From Parasitella parasitica NRRL 2501 (taxonomy: Eukaryota; Fungi; Mucoromycota), in contig MU619269.1 of the NCBI GenBank assembly GCA_025201805.1, forward strand, positions 1 through 60,612: DNA of 60,612 nucleotides. The letters run 5' to 3'. The position numbers and the translations under genes are program-made. Positions 10,914 through 22,920 of this stretch are shown here, piece by piece; the stretch's first letter is position 1, and every line of letters starts with the position of its first letter. A model generated the notes under the pieces. The model saw only the letters and a list, made by a program, of their open reading frames with translations. It was not told where the DNA came from and made no database searches.

Positions 10914-11310
10914 TTATAATAGATAATAGGGGTAAGGAGGTATAATATTGGAGAGAAAAAGAAAACAATTTATTAGGCCTTTATTACTTTTTCTCGAAAT
11001 ATTAAGGTTTTCGACCATTTCATATAAGACGGTACCTGAATTATTGATGTATATGATTGTTTGCTATATGTCAACAGAAAAATCTATCAAAATCAATAAT
11101 TCTATAATTACCAAAAGTGCACTGCTTATATCATCATAATAATATATGCAACTATATTGTTTGATTATTATCACCATGGTTGTTTACTGATTTCTTCCAT
11201 TCAACATATTGTCATGGCAACAGTGTATATATTCAAACAGCGGATATAGTGCTCGAATCAAATCAAATTCATGGAGACCAATCAACAAAAGAAAACTAAT
11301 TGTCATCATT

Positions 11311-13212
11311 TTATTCTAGTAATAGCTTGTTGTTAATCAATAAACGTTGAGCTGACTTAAATTCTATTTTAACAAAACCACTATAATATAGGTTCTCTGG
11401 ATCCCAAAAGGAAGCATCTAAGCAAGTGTTTGGTGTTTGCAAGTTTCGTTTTACAGCTTCAATATCCCAAGCTTTTAAGGTTTCCGTGGTCACAAGCGAT
11501 TTCAATTCCTGGATGTCCCGGTTATTCAATCTGTCAAGTGTATGAGCAAACTCCATATTTCGGTACTTTTGAAATGCCAGCTTTTGGCCAACCGGATGTG
11601 TACGAATGTCATACTGACTCATATAATACCATGACTGATTAACCTGAAAGAATCTTATACGGCAGCCAGCATAATAGCGACGAGTACGAAGCCCTTGGAT
11701 CTTTAGTGTCGTAAGTTGTTGACGGGGTAACAAGATTCGCACTTGATCTCTTCTATCCCTTTGGAAACAGCCTAATAGTTCTACATGATCTAGTTGAGGA
11801 CATGCTCTTGAGATAGTATCAAAGACGCCTTCGTTAAATGATGCTCGCTTCAGTATCAATTTCTTCAACGGATGACTTGATGGAATCGCATTGCGTGATG
11901 AAGATGTTGCCAAGTGAACATCTTTTATATATAACGTATGCAAGTGTCTGCAGTGATTTAATATATTATCCATGTCATATGCTAATTCGGGATCAACAAA
12001 GCATTCTTGGATCTTTAATGAAACTAAATTTTTGCAATGACGAATAGCTTCCAATACTTGGACGGTTGTAACATCAGCCGGAGGTTGACCAATTGTAAGA
12101 GAGGTAAGTAAACTAGACATGAGTGAATCTCCTTGAACAAGTGGGGAAGATCGAATTGAACCAGGAATCTGAAAATTTTCATATGCTTCAATATGTTCCA
12201 AGTGCAAGAAAGGCTGTATTTGTTGTTTCTGATGGTGTTGATCACACAAACTAAATAACCCCTTTTGTTGATCGTGTCGCACAATGATCTTGTTCCAGCG
12301 AACGGATTTAAGCTTACGACATCCATGTGTAAACGACGTAAAGACTTGGTCTGGAATAACCTGATAGCCTCCTCCATCCTTACCTAAACCACAGTGCTTG
12401 AATTGGACGTGTTGCAGATGAGGGTATTTTGCCGAGAAATATGGCAACAAATAAGGCCATTTTGCAGACCCGGATTTTGATGCCAATGAAAAAGATTTCA
12501 AAACAGTGGGAGTCAATACAATGCGATCCTGATTTTCAGTGAATTGAGACAGCAAGGCAGGATTTGGATCTGATCTAGTACATTTTATGGTGAGATCCAC
12601 TAGATGAGGACATAACTGATGGATTGTCTCTAAATATCTCAATGTGATAATGTGCTCATGATTCAAGTTGAGTAATTTTAATGTCTTGAGGCGAGGACAA
12701 GAGGCAAGAATGGACCAGATATCTGTACTTTCTTGATTTAAGGCATTTATAGAAAGGTTTCGCAAGCTGTGAGAGCCATAATAAGAGAATAGCTGATCAA
12801 TAAAAGGCGGTAGACCTTGAGGGGGATGAATAAAAGAGATGGCAGCATCGGAATCGAAATGAGCATGGGATTGCAACGAAGAGGACCATATGTTCCAATC
12901 CAAAATCAGCGTATCAACTTCAGGGAACAGTTTGGTTAATTGAGATGTGTGGTATTCGGTCAAATCAATGCCCTGAAGATTTAACGCTTTGACAAAATGG
13001 CCAGGAAGTTTACCAGTGCAAAATGCAGATAGTATTCTTTCTTGTTTTTTGCTGGTGTCAATAGCCAGAGACCGATAAATAAAGTTGTAAAAGAAGTGGT
13101 ACCATGATTTGGATACAAGTATTACTTGCAGTAAATCTTGTGTGGATGTGTCTAACGAGATCAACTCAATGATTTCCCTAGGAAGTGAATTAAGAATGGA
13201 AGCTGTTGCCAT
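11311..13212 (-). CDS. F-box / LRR protein, intronless, 633 aa; tandem paralogue of 9051-10913
   Basis: LPREIIELI F-box, CPxLxxL repeats, and shared QRDRR, GLRT..RIRFF and WxYMS motifs. Confidence 0.85.
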   Translation of the reverse strand: MATASILNSLPREIIELISLDTSTQDLLQVILVSKSWYHFFYNFIYRSLAIDTSKKQERILSAFCTGKLPGHFVKALNLQGIDLTEYHTSQLTKLFPEVDTLILDWNIWSSSLQSHAHFDSDAAISFIHPPQGLPPFIDQLFSYYGSHSLRNLSINALNQESTDIWSILASCPRLKTLKLLNLNHEHIITLRYLETIHQLCPHLVDLTIKCTRSDPNPALLSQFTENQDRIVLTPTVLKSFSLASKSGSAKWPYLLPYFSAKYPHLQHVQFKHCGLGKDGGGYQVIPDQVFTSFTHGCRKLKSVRWNKIIVRHDQQKGLFSLCDQHHQKQQIQPFLHLEHIEAYENFQIPGSIRSSPLVQGDSLMSSLLTSLTIGQPPADVTTVQVLEAIRHCKNLVSLKIQECFVDPELAYDMDNILNHCRHLHTLYIKDVHLATSSSRNAIPSSHPLKKLILKRASFNEGVFDTISRACPQLDHVELLGCFQRDRRDQVRILLPRQQLTTLKIQGLRTRRYYAGCRIRFFQVNQSWYYMSQYDIRTHPVGQKLAFQKYRNMEFAHTLDRLNNRDIQELKSLVTTETLKAWDIEAVKRNLQTPNTCLDASFWDPENLYYSGFVKIEFKSAQRLLINNKLLLE

Positions 13213-13699
13213 GGAAAATGTGTTTGTGTGTGTTTAGATAATAAATAAAAGAATCTACTAAAGAGCAGAAAATGAAGCAAAGATATAGAATCGTTCTATG
13301 ATTTAATAAACTTCTAGGTCCATAAAAGTGATTGGCCAAAAGCTTAAATGATATCACAGTGGCTAGCAATCGACAAATTAGATGAGACCAGTCGTAGACG
13401 ATTATTTTTGTTTTCAGATTCACACAACACAATGGAATAAATTCCCCTGATTCGGTTGCATATGTTTTAGAAAAATAAAAGAACCCGGCATTTGATAATC
13501 CTTTGGAGAAATTGCTCCATAAAACTTGTTGCAGTCTTTCCAAAAAGCCTTCTTTTTTTCTTTTTCTTTTGTAATTAACCGTTAGGTGTAATCTGTAGTC
13601 AATGCCTGCATTTGTATAGCTTCAAAATATTTATTTTACAAAGAGTTCATGCAGTTTGTCTTGTTTTGTTCCAACTCAGAAATTTCTGTGGTTAAGCAA

Positions 13700-15235
13700 T
13701 CCTCAATGGCACTCCTCAGTCGCCAATGCAGTCAGCGGATGACACTGCCGAGTCCAAGCCTTTGGCGATGGGACAGGCTCATCAGGTTGTATCCCTCTTA
13801 CAATATCTCGGTTGAATAATTAACTAGAAGAAGTGAGTTCTCACCCCAATTCAACAATTCGAACACCTCGGCTTTGTATTGTTTACCCGGTCAACGATAG
13901 CTCTACTAATACCAGCCTAGCTTCGAGACATTTGTCGATTGATCAAACAAGTACTGGTCAAACCACGTCGTCTATTCCCCAGGGCCATTTACAGCTTAAC
14001 AATGCGTATTCAGTTAGCCACTTTTGCAATCTTTTTGGTCGTCTCTACACTCGACATTTACTACACTACAAGAACCAAACAGTGAAGTCAGATGCGGATT
14101 AGGATCATCCTCGCCCCCTCGATCAAGCGAGCCTAGAGGAACTTCAAGGGTGTTACACAAACATCAGCAAGTGGAAATGAACGTTCACTCCTCCCTTCAA
14201 CACCCTCTCCGTATGGCTATTGTCCGGAACAAGTTTGTACGGCAGAATCTCATTGAATAAGCGGCTGAGAATCTCCTGGCCCAACAGTTGGCTGACAATG
14301 GGACAAATAAGGTCTACCGTAAAAACCAACTACGCTTTCTAGCTTGGGCTACTCGAAACAAGGTGCCTTAACGGCATTTGCCCCTTCTGAATAGGTGAAT
14401 TTTTTGCAAATGTATGTCAAGAGCATAACTTACAGGAATCTACTTTCAAGATTTTACGTGCAGCCGTGGCCCACCTACATTATCACTCCACAGGTGTTAG
14501 CCTAGACAATCTTATTAACTCTTATATCGAAACTATCGCTAAACAAGATCACCCCGTCTCTATCGATCGCCCAACCATTGATGTCTCCCCAGCTTAGGCA
14601 TATGCTTGCTCTATTGCCTCCTGACCATTTAGTTCGATCAAACTAATACAACAAAAATTGTATTTTTTCTTGGCCATGGCGGCCTTTATTCGTCCCTCAG
14701 ACTTGGTTCGTATCCCCTTTGCATCCTGCTCCATATTTGATAATGGTCGTCTCACTTACAGGTGGCCGCACAAAAGAAAACTCGTAGTAAAAGGTGTAGA
14801 ATCAAGCCTTTCACGGTTCAGCCGCATATGGGGGATGTCGAATTGTGTCCCATCCAATGATTCAAAGCACAACGGGATCATTCAGACCTCCAGGCTCACC
14901 CAGTCAACTCCAATCTCTTTGTCAAGTCTCATAACGTGTACCAGCCATTATCTGCGTCGACAGTGTCTACCTGGCTATATCGAGTTTTCATCTCGTTATG
15001 TACCAATGAACCCGGGGTCTCTATTCAGTCGTTGTCCTCTTCTCGCGCTTTGGATTTGGGCGTTTCACAGGATAACATTATCGTTCTCGGTAACCAGGCT
15101 TCGTCTGATACCTTTGTCTGTCACTACCAGAGAAACCAAATGGTACAGATTGATTTTACATTCACGGTTCTATCAAGTCAAGACAAATATTTCGATGCTT
15201 CTGATTACTTAAAAGCTACCTAAAAGCTACCTAAA
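13700..15235 (+). mobile_element. Degenerate tyrosine-recombinase element (DIRS-like retrotransposon or Crypton remnant)
   Basis: Frameshifted YR motifs: LAMAAFIRPSDL (R 14691), ELCP, PLSASTVSTWL, SI(Q)SL, VLGN(Q)ASSDTF..HY (Y 15125). An integrase N-terminal-like segment lies upstream (TNKVYRKNQLRFLAWA). Local GC is higher than the flanks. Confidence 0.75.
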
Positions 15236-15638
15236 GTCGCTATTTAAGGTATAATATGTGCAAAATATGGGGTTTTCTTCGAAAAACGCATTTTTCATTA
15301 TCACAAATAACTCAACATAGAACATTTATTTTTTATTTATACTATTAGATGCATAATTAGAAACTGTACAAATTTGGTTCAAGTTATAATGGAAAGTTTA
15401 CGTGGTAAATGCTATTGATATTTTTGAAAATGTCTCGATTTTTCATTCTTGGGCCCAAAATTTTGACATCATTTATCTCGGTCGTTTATTGTTTTGAAAC
15501 ACAAAAGTAATTTTAATGATAGATACACACACTCTAAATTTTTGTACAATGTTAAAAAGAGCCTTTTGCAATAATCCTTTTTTCTCTTTTTCCTCTAAAT
15601 CTGTACTTGTTTATATAAATATTAATAAATAAATAAAA

Positions 15639-16163
15639 ATGTAAGTATTAGAATACCTCTGGGAGATGCAAGAGCACTTAATAAGAGACTAATCGTCTAA
15701 ATTATAGGTCTGAGCCTTATGATCCTTATATTCCCAACAAGCAACGCGGCGCAGATGGTGCCGGCAAAAATAAAACTGCCCAAGTTCAACAGCAAGTAGA
15801 TGAGGTTGTTGGTATTATGCAAGAGAATATCGACAAAGCGATGCAACGAGGCGAAAGATTAGACGACCTTCGAGGAAAGACTGGTAAGATGGCTTCTTTT
15901 TTTTGCTTATTTATTTGTAAATATTCACATCAAGAATAGAGGATTTGCAGGCAACTGCAGGTCATTTCCGCCGTGGAGCTAATCAAGTGAGAAAAAGAAT
16001 GTGGTGGAAAGATTTGAAGTGGAAGATTATTATTGCTGTTACCATCTTGGTTATTCTTGGCATCATTATTGGTATTGTTGAGTCTATATGTTCTTCTTTT
16101 TTAGCGTACTAACTTTTGTGATTACTATCTGTAGGCTCTATTGTTGGTACACAGGTAAAATAG
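15639..16163 (+). CDS. SNC1: Synaptobrevin/VAMP R-SNARE
   Basis: MSEPYDPYIP...VQQQVDEVVGIMQENIDKAMQRGERLDDL...MWWKDLK plus a C-terminal TM segment; 3 introns. Confidence 0.93.
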
Positions 16164-16359
16164 ATCATATAATATACAAATCAAACAAAGCGGGGCTCAG
16201 ACTCACTAATCCGGATTTTAATCATTTTAGACAAAAAACAACTCTTCATCAAATTCATCCGCTCCTGCACAAACTCCCAACTCTACACCATCTGCTGCTT
16301 AAAATCTACATAACGTTTCTTTTTTTTTTTCTTCTTTTATTGTTATTATTAAATCTCTT

Positions 16360-17531
16360 TTATAATTCTCCATTTTCATTCATTTGTCTTTCGATTGTTT
16401 CATGCCTGAAGTTGTATGCGTCTGCGATAACCTAAATAAGAAGAAAATATCAGGCAACAGCTAAAGTAACAATTAGTGACCACCAGCTTTACCATTTCCA
16501 TGTTTAATAACGGTAATCTAAGCAACATGGTTCTAATTTCTGACTGTTCTAAATCTTCAAGTGCTTCTTTGGCGCTTAGTAGAATGGCTATTTTACACAT
16601 TAGTAAGGTTGTGTCGGTTAGACATGGCCCAGAGACACTTACAAAGACATACAAATGGGTGGAATGCAAAAAAATCTGTCATGGCGAAATAGGTGTCTAG
16701 ATGCACTAGTAAATAAGCTTGTCAAACCAGCCAAAAAAAAATTAGTAACTTACCCCACAATCGAATCAAGTTTTCAAAGCGCATCTCCCTAGATAGTAGG
16801 TTATGTAGCCAAGATGTGGACCATTCGTTCAAGTCAACCTCTTCCTCATCAAAATAGCTACACAATTCAGGCAATCCGCATCGGAACCATGTCATGAACT
16901 GAGCCACTTGTTCTTTCAGGCTGGTGTTTGCGTTGTATTCTTCTATTGCTTGCATCAGTCTCTGAAAGCAAAAAAATGCATCACATTCAGTTTCCATGGC
17001 ATAGATGAACGGCGCACATAATGACACTAGGCTGGAACTGTATTCGACATCATGGTTGTTGTTTAAATAGGCCAGGATGATATTGACAAATGTCTGAACA
17101 TGCTCATTTCCGTCTAATTCAGGCACTCTTTTTTGAAATCGACTCACTTCGCCTCGAATCCTTTTTGCGGTTTCGCTGTCTGTTTTATCTAGCTGCTCGT
17201 ATTCTTCTGTTCTCGCCTTGCTTGAGCTTAATTCTTTGGCTGTAGTCAAGTATTAATATGGAAATAATTCTTAACAATAATAAACAAGCTTACAGCGATC
17301 TGCTTGTTGTACATCTAGCAAGTATTTCCATACTTCCTGTATACAATTCAACATTGTTAGTGCTGTATCGACTCATTCAGACATATAGTACATATACATT
17401 ACCCCTCGTAGTTGGTCGGGTACTCCGTGTCTAGCTAATATACGTAGTCTTTCCAAGTCGACGTAGACTTCAGACTGCAGTATTTCTTGAAAGTCGCTCA
17501 AATAAGATAAGCCTTCTTCATCTCCACTCAT
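16360..17531 (-). CDS. TBC (RabGAP/Bub2-like) domain protein
   Basis: DLERLRILARHGVPDQLRGEVWKYLL...IRGEVSR...ECDAFFCF...WLHNLLSREM..LIRLW; the spliced C-terminus ends ENGEL*. Confidence 0.85.
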
Positions 17532-18178
17532 GTTGTCGATATTTTGTATTATTTGTAAAGGAGAAAAAAGAACATTTGGTTATTTTATAACAAAGGAAAT
17601 ATAAATTAAGGGAAGCAAATATGATGAAATTGCAAATAAACCCATCTCCTACTCAAAAAATGGTATGGCTGCAAAAATAATACAAAGCTTCCCCTGTTGT
17701 TCTTTTTCATCCTTGCGCATAATGTATATTTTTGGTCTGATACACCTGGTTTAAGCAATTTGATTACTTGGCTTCATGTCACAGGACTCGGCAAACCGAT
17801 AACGGGAACCCTACCACGCCATCTAATGGCACCCGTATTAAAGTTGAGCCGAACATAGGGTTGGCCCAAAGATCATGTAAAACTCATGACTTTCTGGCAT
17901 CAGAACTTGGTCCAGTTGAGTTGCTTTGCAATGTATTGAAAGATATCCTATTCTGGGGTAATTGTGGTCGGATTGAGCATGTGGTAAGTATTGTTCAACC
18001 GATCATTCTGAGTGGATTCATCTGATTAAACTTCTGGCTGCGCGTTTAGCAATACTCGTTTTGATTGTTTGACTACTCACACAACAATAAATAGCATTTG
18101 CCACTTTGTTGATTGTCAATAGGCATACTAAATAAGTAAATGCAGATGGTCTAGTTTGGTTTATTGACATTAATTTTT

Positions 18179-19677
18179 TCAAAACTCCAATGGATCTACT
18201 TTGCCTGGTGTAGAGCCACATCCAACGCTTCCACCGATATTTTTCGGTTTACGGTTAGCAAGCGAGGATAATCCCTTGTTTTCCTTCTGTTTATCATCCA
18301 GACTTGACACTGCCGTTGCCGTAGCTGTAGCGGAAGACGGAGGCTCTGTACGACGCGTAACAACTCCTCCTTCTGGGGGCAAATGAAAGGTTTCGATAGC
18401 AAATCGCTTACGTCTAAGCTTGAAGCCCAAATCATTGCTTCCACCCGCTGACAACACAGATAATTTAGTGCTTGGTGGCAAGAGTGAGTTTAATACGGGT
18501 AATTTGTGTACATGGAAGAACCCATGGTAGTTTTGTGTATAAGCTGCCTCATTGTGAACAGGGTCACCTATTTGACAGTTCAAGTAACAGCCAATCTACA
18601 TATTGTTTCCACGCATTTACCTGCAAAAGACTCAATTTCAATGACTGTATCTACAATATGCTCGATACGCTTCATAAAATTAGGTACTTCATCATAAAGA
18701 TAAGCTGGAACAGTAACAACAGCTGTACCAAATGAGAACCGAAGCAATCCACGGAGAGCATGAAAAAATCTGTATAAATCCTATGACACAAACTTAAGTT
18801 GAATTCCTTCCGTTGGATTGCAGAAAAACTTACGTGAGGAGACTTTGATTGCCAACTCGGAGATGCCAGCGAATGAATAGCTACTCGCAATGCATGGCGG
18901 GGAGTTCCTGGAGCAACAGGAATAGCAGAACTGAAGTTTCCATCCAGCACTACTTTTCTAACTTTGTTTATCAAGCTCTCATAATCATCTTGATTTTCGT
19001 CATCATCAACATCATCATCCACAATGTCCCACGGCATTACTGCAATGTTTGCTTCTTCCAAAACTGCTGGTGGGATTCTTTTTGTTAAATCAAATTGACT
19101 GCAATAAGGTTTGGGCTCGTCTGCTGTCTTTTGTAATTCATCTGACTTGTCACTACCTGTTTGCTGCTGTTGGGGCACAGTCGACGCTGTAGTGGCATTG
19201 CACAATCAGTACTAGATCTAAATTACTCAAGTTGCTATGGTTACCTGGTTTGGCTTTCACGCCTGTTTCAAAACGTTTCAAATGGGAATATCTCCATGCA
19301 ATCTTCATGCGATCACTCTCAGCATCAGCGCGAGCATTCTTTGTCTTTTCAAGATCATCATCATCATCCTTGTCTGATGTCGACAACCACATGAGTGTCT
19401 TTAGCATTTCTTCCGGATATTCATCACGAGAGGTGATGGCGCAGTGATGGCCAGAACTGATGCCTTGAGCAATGAAATATTTGAGCAATAGTTGTGCATA
19501 CGTTGTAGCTCGATCCTCTTTGATAAGTATGATAGTTCCAACAGGCTGTCCGCCACCCAGGATATCATCCAATGATGGAACACCAGTAGATATCAAAAGC
19601 TGGCCATTATAGGCACTCAATCTTGATCCAGAAGGTAATTTGGGCTGCTGATCAACATTCCGTTTCTTAAAACTCAT
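18179..19677 (-). CDS. ELP4: Elongator complex protein 4
   Basis: STGVPSLDDILGGG, LLKYFIAQGI, MKIAWRY, FDLTK, YHGFFHVHKLP, LGFKLRRKRFAIETFHLPP. Confidence 0.95.
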
Positions 19678-20074
19678 GGCAGAATGTATTTGTCAGAAAC
19701 AGACAGAGGCTGTTGTCTTTTGAGTCTTTTCAAAGACGCAAAAAAAAGGACTGCCATCACTATTGTAGTTGATTTAAAAAAGGGCTATAAACACTACTAA
19801 CAGTTATTGCAAATTGACATAACAAAATTGGTATGAAATCACACAACAAAAATTACGAGCCAACTGACCTTACAACTATGCTCGTTCTCAAAACTTTAAT
19901 TGCTGCTTTTTGCATATGAAAACAATACTTAAGAATCTTAAACATACATGAATGGGTCTGTGTTACTATACTGGGTTGCAGATGAGTCTTGTGGCAGGTT
20001 TTCTCCTGCAATACGGTTCAATAATTTAACAGCAATGCAATTCTTTATATTTTTCTTCGACTCTTTAGTCAAAA

Positions 20075-21648
20075 ATGTCGCAGGATTCTAAAGAATGGAT
20101 TAAAACACGAATGGCAATATTAAGAAGACAGGCAAACTTTTCCTTTAACCAGGATTTATTTATATCAATATTGCTCTGCTTAGTATCCGGAAGAGACAAA
20201 CACTTGATATTGACTGCTCCTCCCGAAAGACTAACAGAAGTTACCCAAATGGCCTCTCAGGTAACAGGAATAACTATGATACATTCGTGAAATGACTGAA
20301 TCCCTCTTTTGGTATAGATTTGCCGTCGTTTGTTTGGATTCACCACTGCTAAAATGGCTTGCACCGAGCAGCAAACAAGCGCAGACCTTGTTGATACACT
20401 TTTCAATACAAAAGACGAATCAGATACTTCCACAGAGAAGCTAAATCCCAATCCACAGCACCGAAGGCCCTATGAGCTATCGCATAGGCCAAGTAAATCT
20501 ATACAAACCTTGGATTCGAGGATCTCTGAACGATCACAGACGAGCCAGCATACAGGCAGCAGAAATACAAGTATCAAGGTATTCCATACAACTATAACTG
20601 ATAGAAACAACAATTAAACCTAATTTAGTTTTCATTATTGGGTGATGATGAGTTGCATTCCTCAGCACCAGTGAATCCAGTTGACTTTACGCTCTCGAAA
20701 AAGAGGATCTTGAGAATCAACAATGGCGCTTCATCATCGGCTTACGCACATTCAATATCCACGAAAGATATGCACGGTAGAGGAGACAAAACTCGATGGA
20801 TGGATCATGATGACACGAGAAAATCTTACGCGGCCTCTCATACAGCTGTGGGGTCCACAAAATTGGCTCAAACACTCATTATGCAAGGATTAGACGCTGC
20901 AAATCCATCTATTCAAGCACTCTTATTAGAATTAATCGTTACCAAGGAATTGAGGATATCGAACATTAAATACAATGTGCCGAAACCCTCCTTTTTGGTC
21001 ATTGCTGTAATGCCCCAAGGATACGATCGCTTAAAGATTTCTTCACAGCTGGTAAAGCAAAAAAAAAAAAGAAAAAATAAGAAAAGATCATTCCATCACT
21101 TACTCGTTTATATTTAGATGGATCGATTTTTTGTCAGTTACAACTTTGAGGAAGACATGTTTTCACATTCAAGCATGCCTATACCCAACCCATTAGTGCG
21201 GCAATCTAGCTCTAGAAGATTCTCTCTGATGAAGCATGACGAAATCAAAGCGTTGGCCGCAAAGGCAAGCAAAGTGCATGTGAACATTGATATTACAAGA
21301 TATGTGCGAGATATTGTGGTGGGTATACGGACGCATCCTAAAGTCAAGGGGGGTCTGACAGCCAGATGTAGCCAAGATCTTGTTGCCGTGACAAAGTTTG
21401 TAATTCACAAGTGTAATGTAATGGAATGTGTACTGATTGATTTTTTTAGATCCCTGGCCGCACTGTTTGAAAGAGACTTTTTGACACCAGACCTCGTTAT
21501 TATTGCTGCTGAAAAGGTGTTTAGTCATCGTTTACATGTTCTGATGGTGAATGCTACGGATGACCAGATGGAAAAAGAAGACATGAATCCGTATATACCC
21601 TCTGAAATTGTTGCCGAGATACTTCGTCTCATCTATGTTCCTGTATAA
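20075..21648 (+). CDS. ChlI/MoxR AAA-lid domain protein (fungal Mtc2-like), multi-exon
   Basis: IQALLLELI, LMDRFFVS, VHVNIDITRYVRDIVVGIRTHP, LTPDLVIIAAEKVFSHRL resemble the MoxR/ChlI AAA core and lid. Confidence 0.7.
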
Positions 21649-22104
21649 CACGGAATAACTCACTTTGATACCATTTGATTTTTAACACACAACTCGCATA
21701 TAATAGTAAAAATTATAAAACAATACGCTTGTTGTTTATATCAGATATTACAATTCTTGAAGGATTTTAGAGACTTTTTCTATGCAAAATGCACTGATGT
21801 GGTACAGTTGTACAAAGGAAGAATACACTATTCGATGTAGTGAGTCTGATGCGCTCAATGACGCTTTCAAAAAAAGTTATAGTAATAGTAATAGATGAGG
21901 TCAGAGAAAAGCTAGTGTGTGGGTGTTTACAAGGATGTAATAGGCAAATGATGTTGTTGAGCGCATGATTGATTTTGAAACGAAGAATGCATTAGGTCTC
22001 TCCTTATAAACCATTAGCAAGTAGTTTTTTCCCAGAGATAATTAATTCTCCTTTCTCTCTCTCTCTCTTTCTCTCTTTCTAACGAACAAACAGATACAGG
22101 CAGA

Positions 22105-22920
22105 ATGAAACTTGATGAAAAACGCAGTATTGAGGAGCAAATTTACATGGAAGAAGAAGACAATGCACATCACCAGCACCGTTGGATGTGGGTTCGCCGT
22201 TTCATTCTCTCCATCATCCTGATAACCTGCTTTATGCAATCATTTTATTATGTCAATGATGATAAACAAGACATCTTTATTTCTACCACAACAGACATAA
22301 CTCAAAACAGCAAAAACTCGCATATCGTCTTGCATACTGGATTTCCGCCTACCCAGGATGTATCCGGCCTCTCTGTTGAATACGGCAAAGCCGCAGCAAC
22401 TGCATTTTCTCCTAATCCTAGCAGCACCAAGAAACACATTGATATGAAGCACCTGCAAACAAGCGGCGAAAGCTGGTGGGATCGTCTTTTTCCCAATCGT
22501 CATGTTCATCTTGTCAGCGTTCAACTGCCTGTCGTTGGTAAAAAGACAAACTTTGCCAATGCTACTTTGTCTATCTGTGCCAGCAAACGCTCCAAATTTG
22601 GGCCTAATAGCCATGATATACCTGATTTAACAAAGTGTGTAAATTCGGTTTCTGTACAAACCCAGGATGTAGACGAAGAAGATTTGTTTGGTGTCCTGGA
22701 ATGGGTGCCTGACATGACGATCGTATTGAACAAGTCCAAAATGTACTGGCTGGTTGTTCAAGCGCCCTCTCCAGATGCAGCATTTGAGTGGGTTTATGCA
22801 GAAGGCGGATCCAACCAGTATGGTACCGCCTACGAGACCGAAATTGGATGGGAATTAAAGTTGGAGGGAGAGCCTATTCCTAGCGCTATGCTTATGGTAG
22901 AAGATCATGTAAAGAACTAG
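22105..22920 (+). CDS. Hypothetical type II membrane protein with a beta-sandwich ectodomain, intronless
   Basis: 271 aa ATG-initiated ORF with one N-terminal TM (FILSIILITCFMQSF) and a YWLVV motif. Confidence 0.75.
   Translation: MKLDEKRSIEEQIYMEEEDNAHHQHRWMWVRRFILSIILITCFMQSFYYVNDDKQDIFISTTTDITQNSKNSHIVLHTGFPPTQDVSGLSVEYGKAAATAFSPNPSSTKKHIDMKHLQTSGESWWDRLFPNRHVHLVSVQLPVVGKKTNFANATLSICASKRSKFGPNSHDIPDLTKCVNSVSVQTQDVDEEDLFGVLEWVPDMTIVLNKSKMYWLVVQAPSPDAAFEWVYAEGGSNQYGTAYETEIGWELKLEGEPIPSAMLMVEDHVKN

Noticed and set aside
16180-16205. acaaagcggggctca resembling RNase MRP CR-V
   Set aside because: Lies in the SNC1 3' UTR with no CR-I partner upstream.
17920-17991. atacttacc (U1 snRNA 5' end) on the minus strand
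   Set aside because: Simply the complement of a ggtaagtat splice-like site; U1 stems and Sm site are not convincing.
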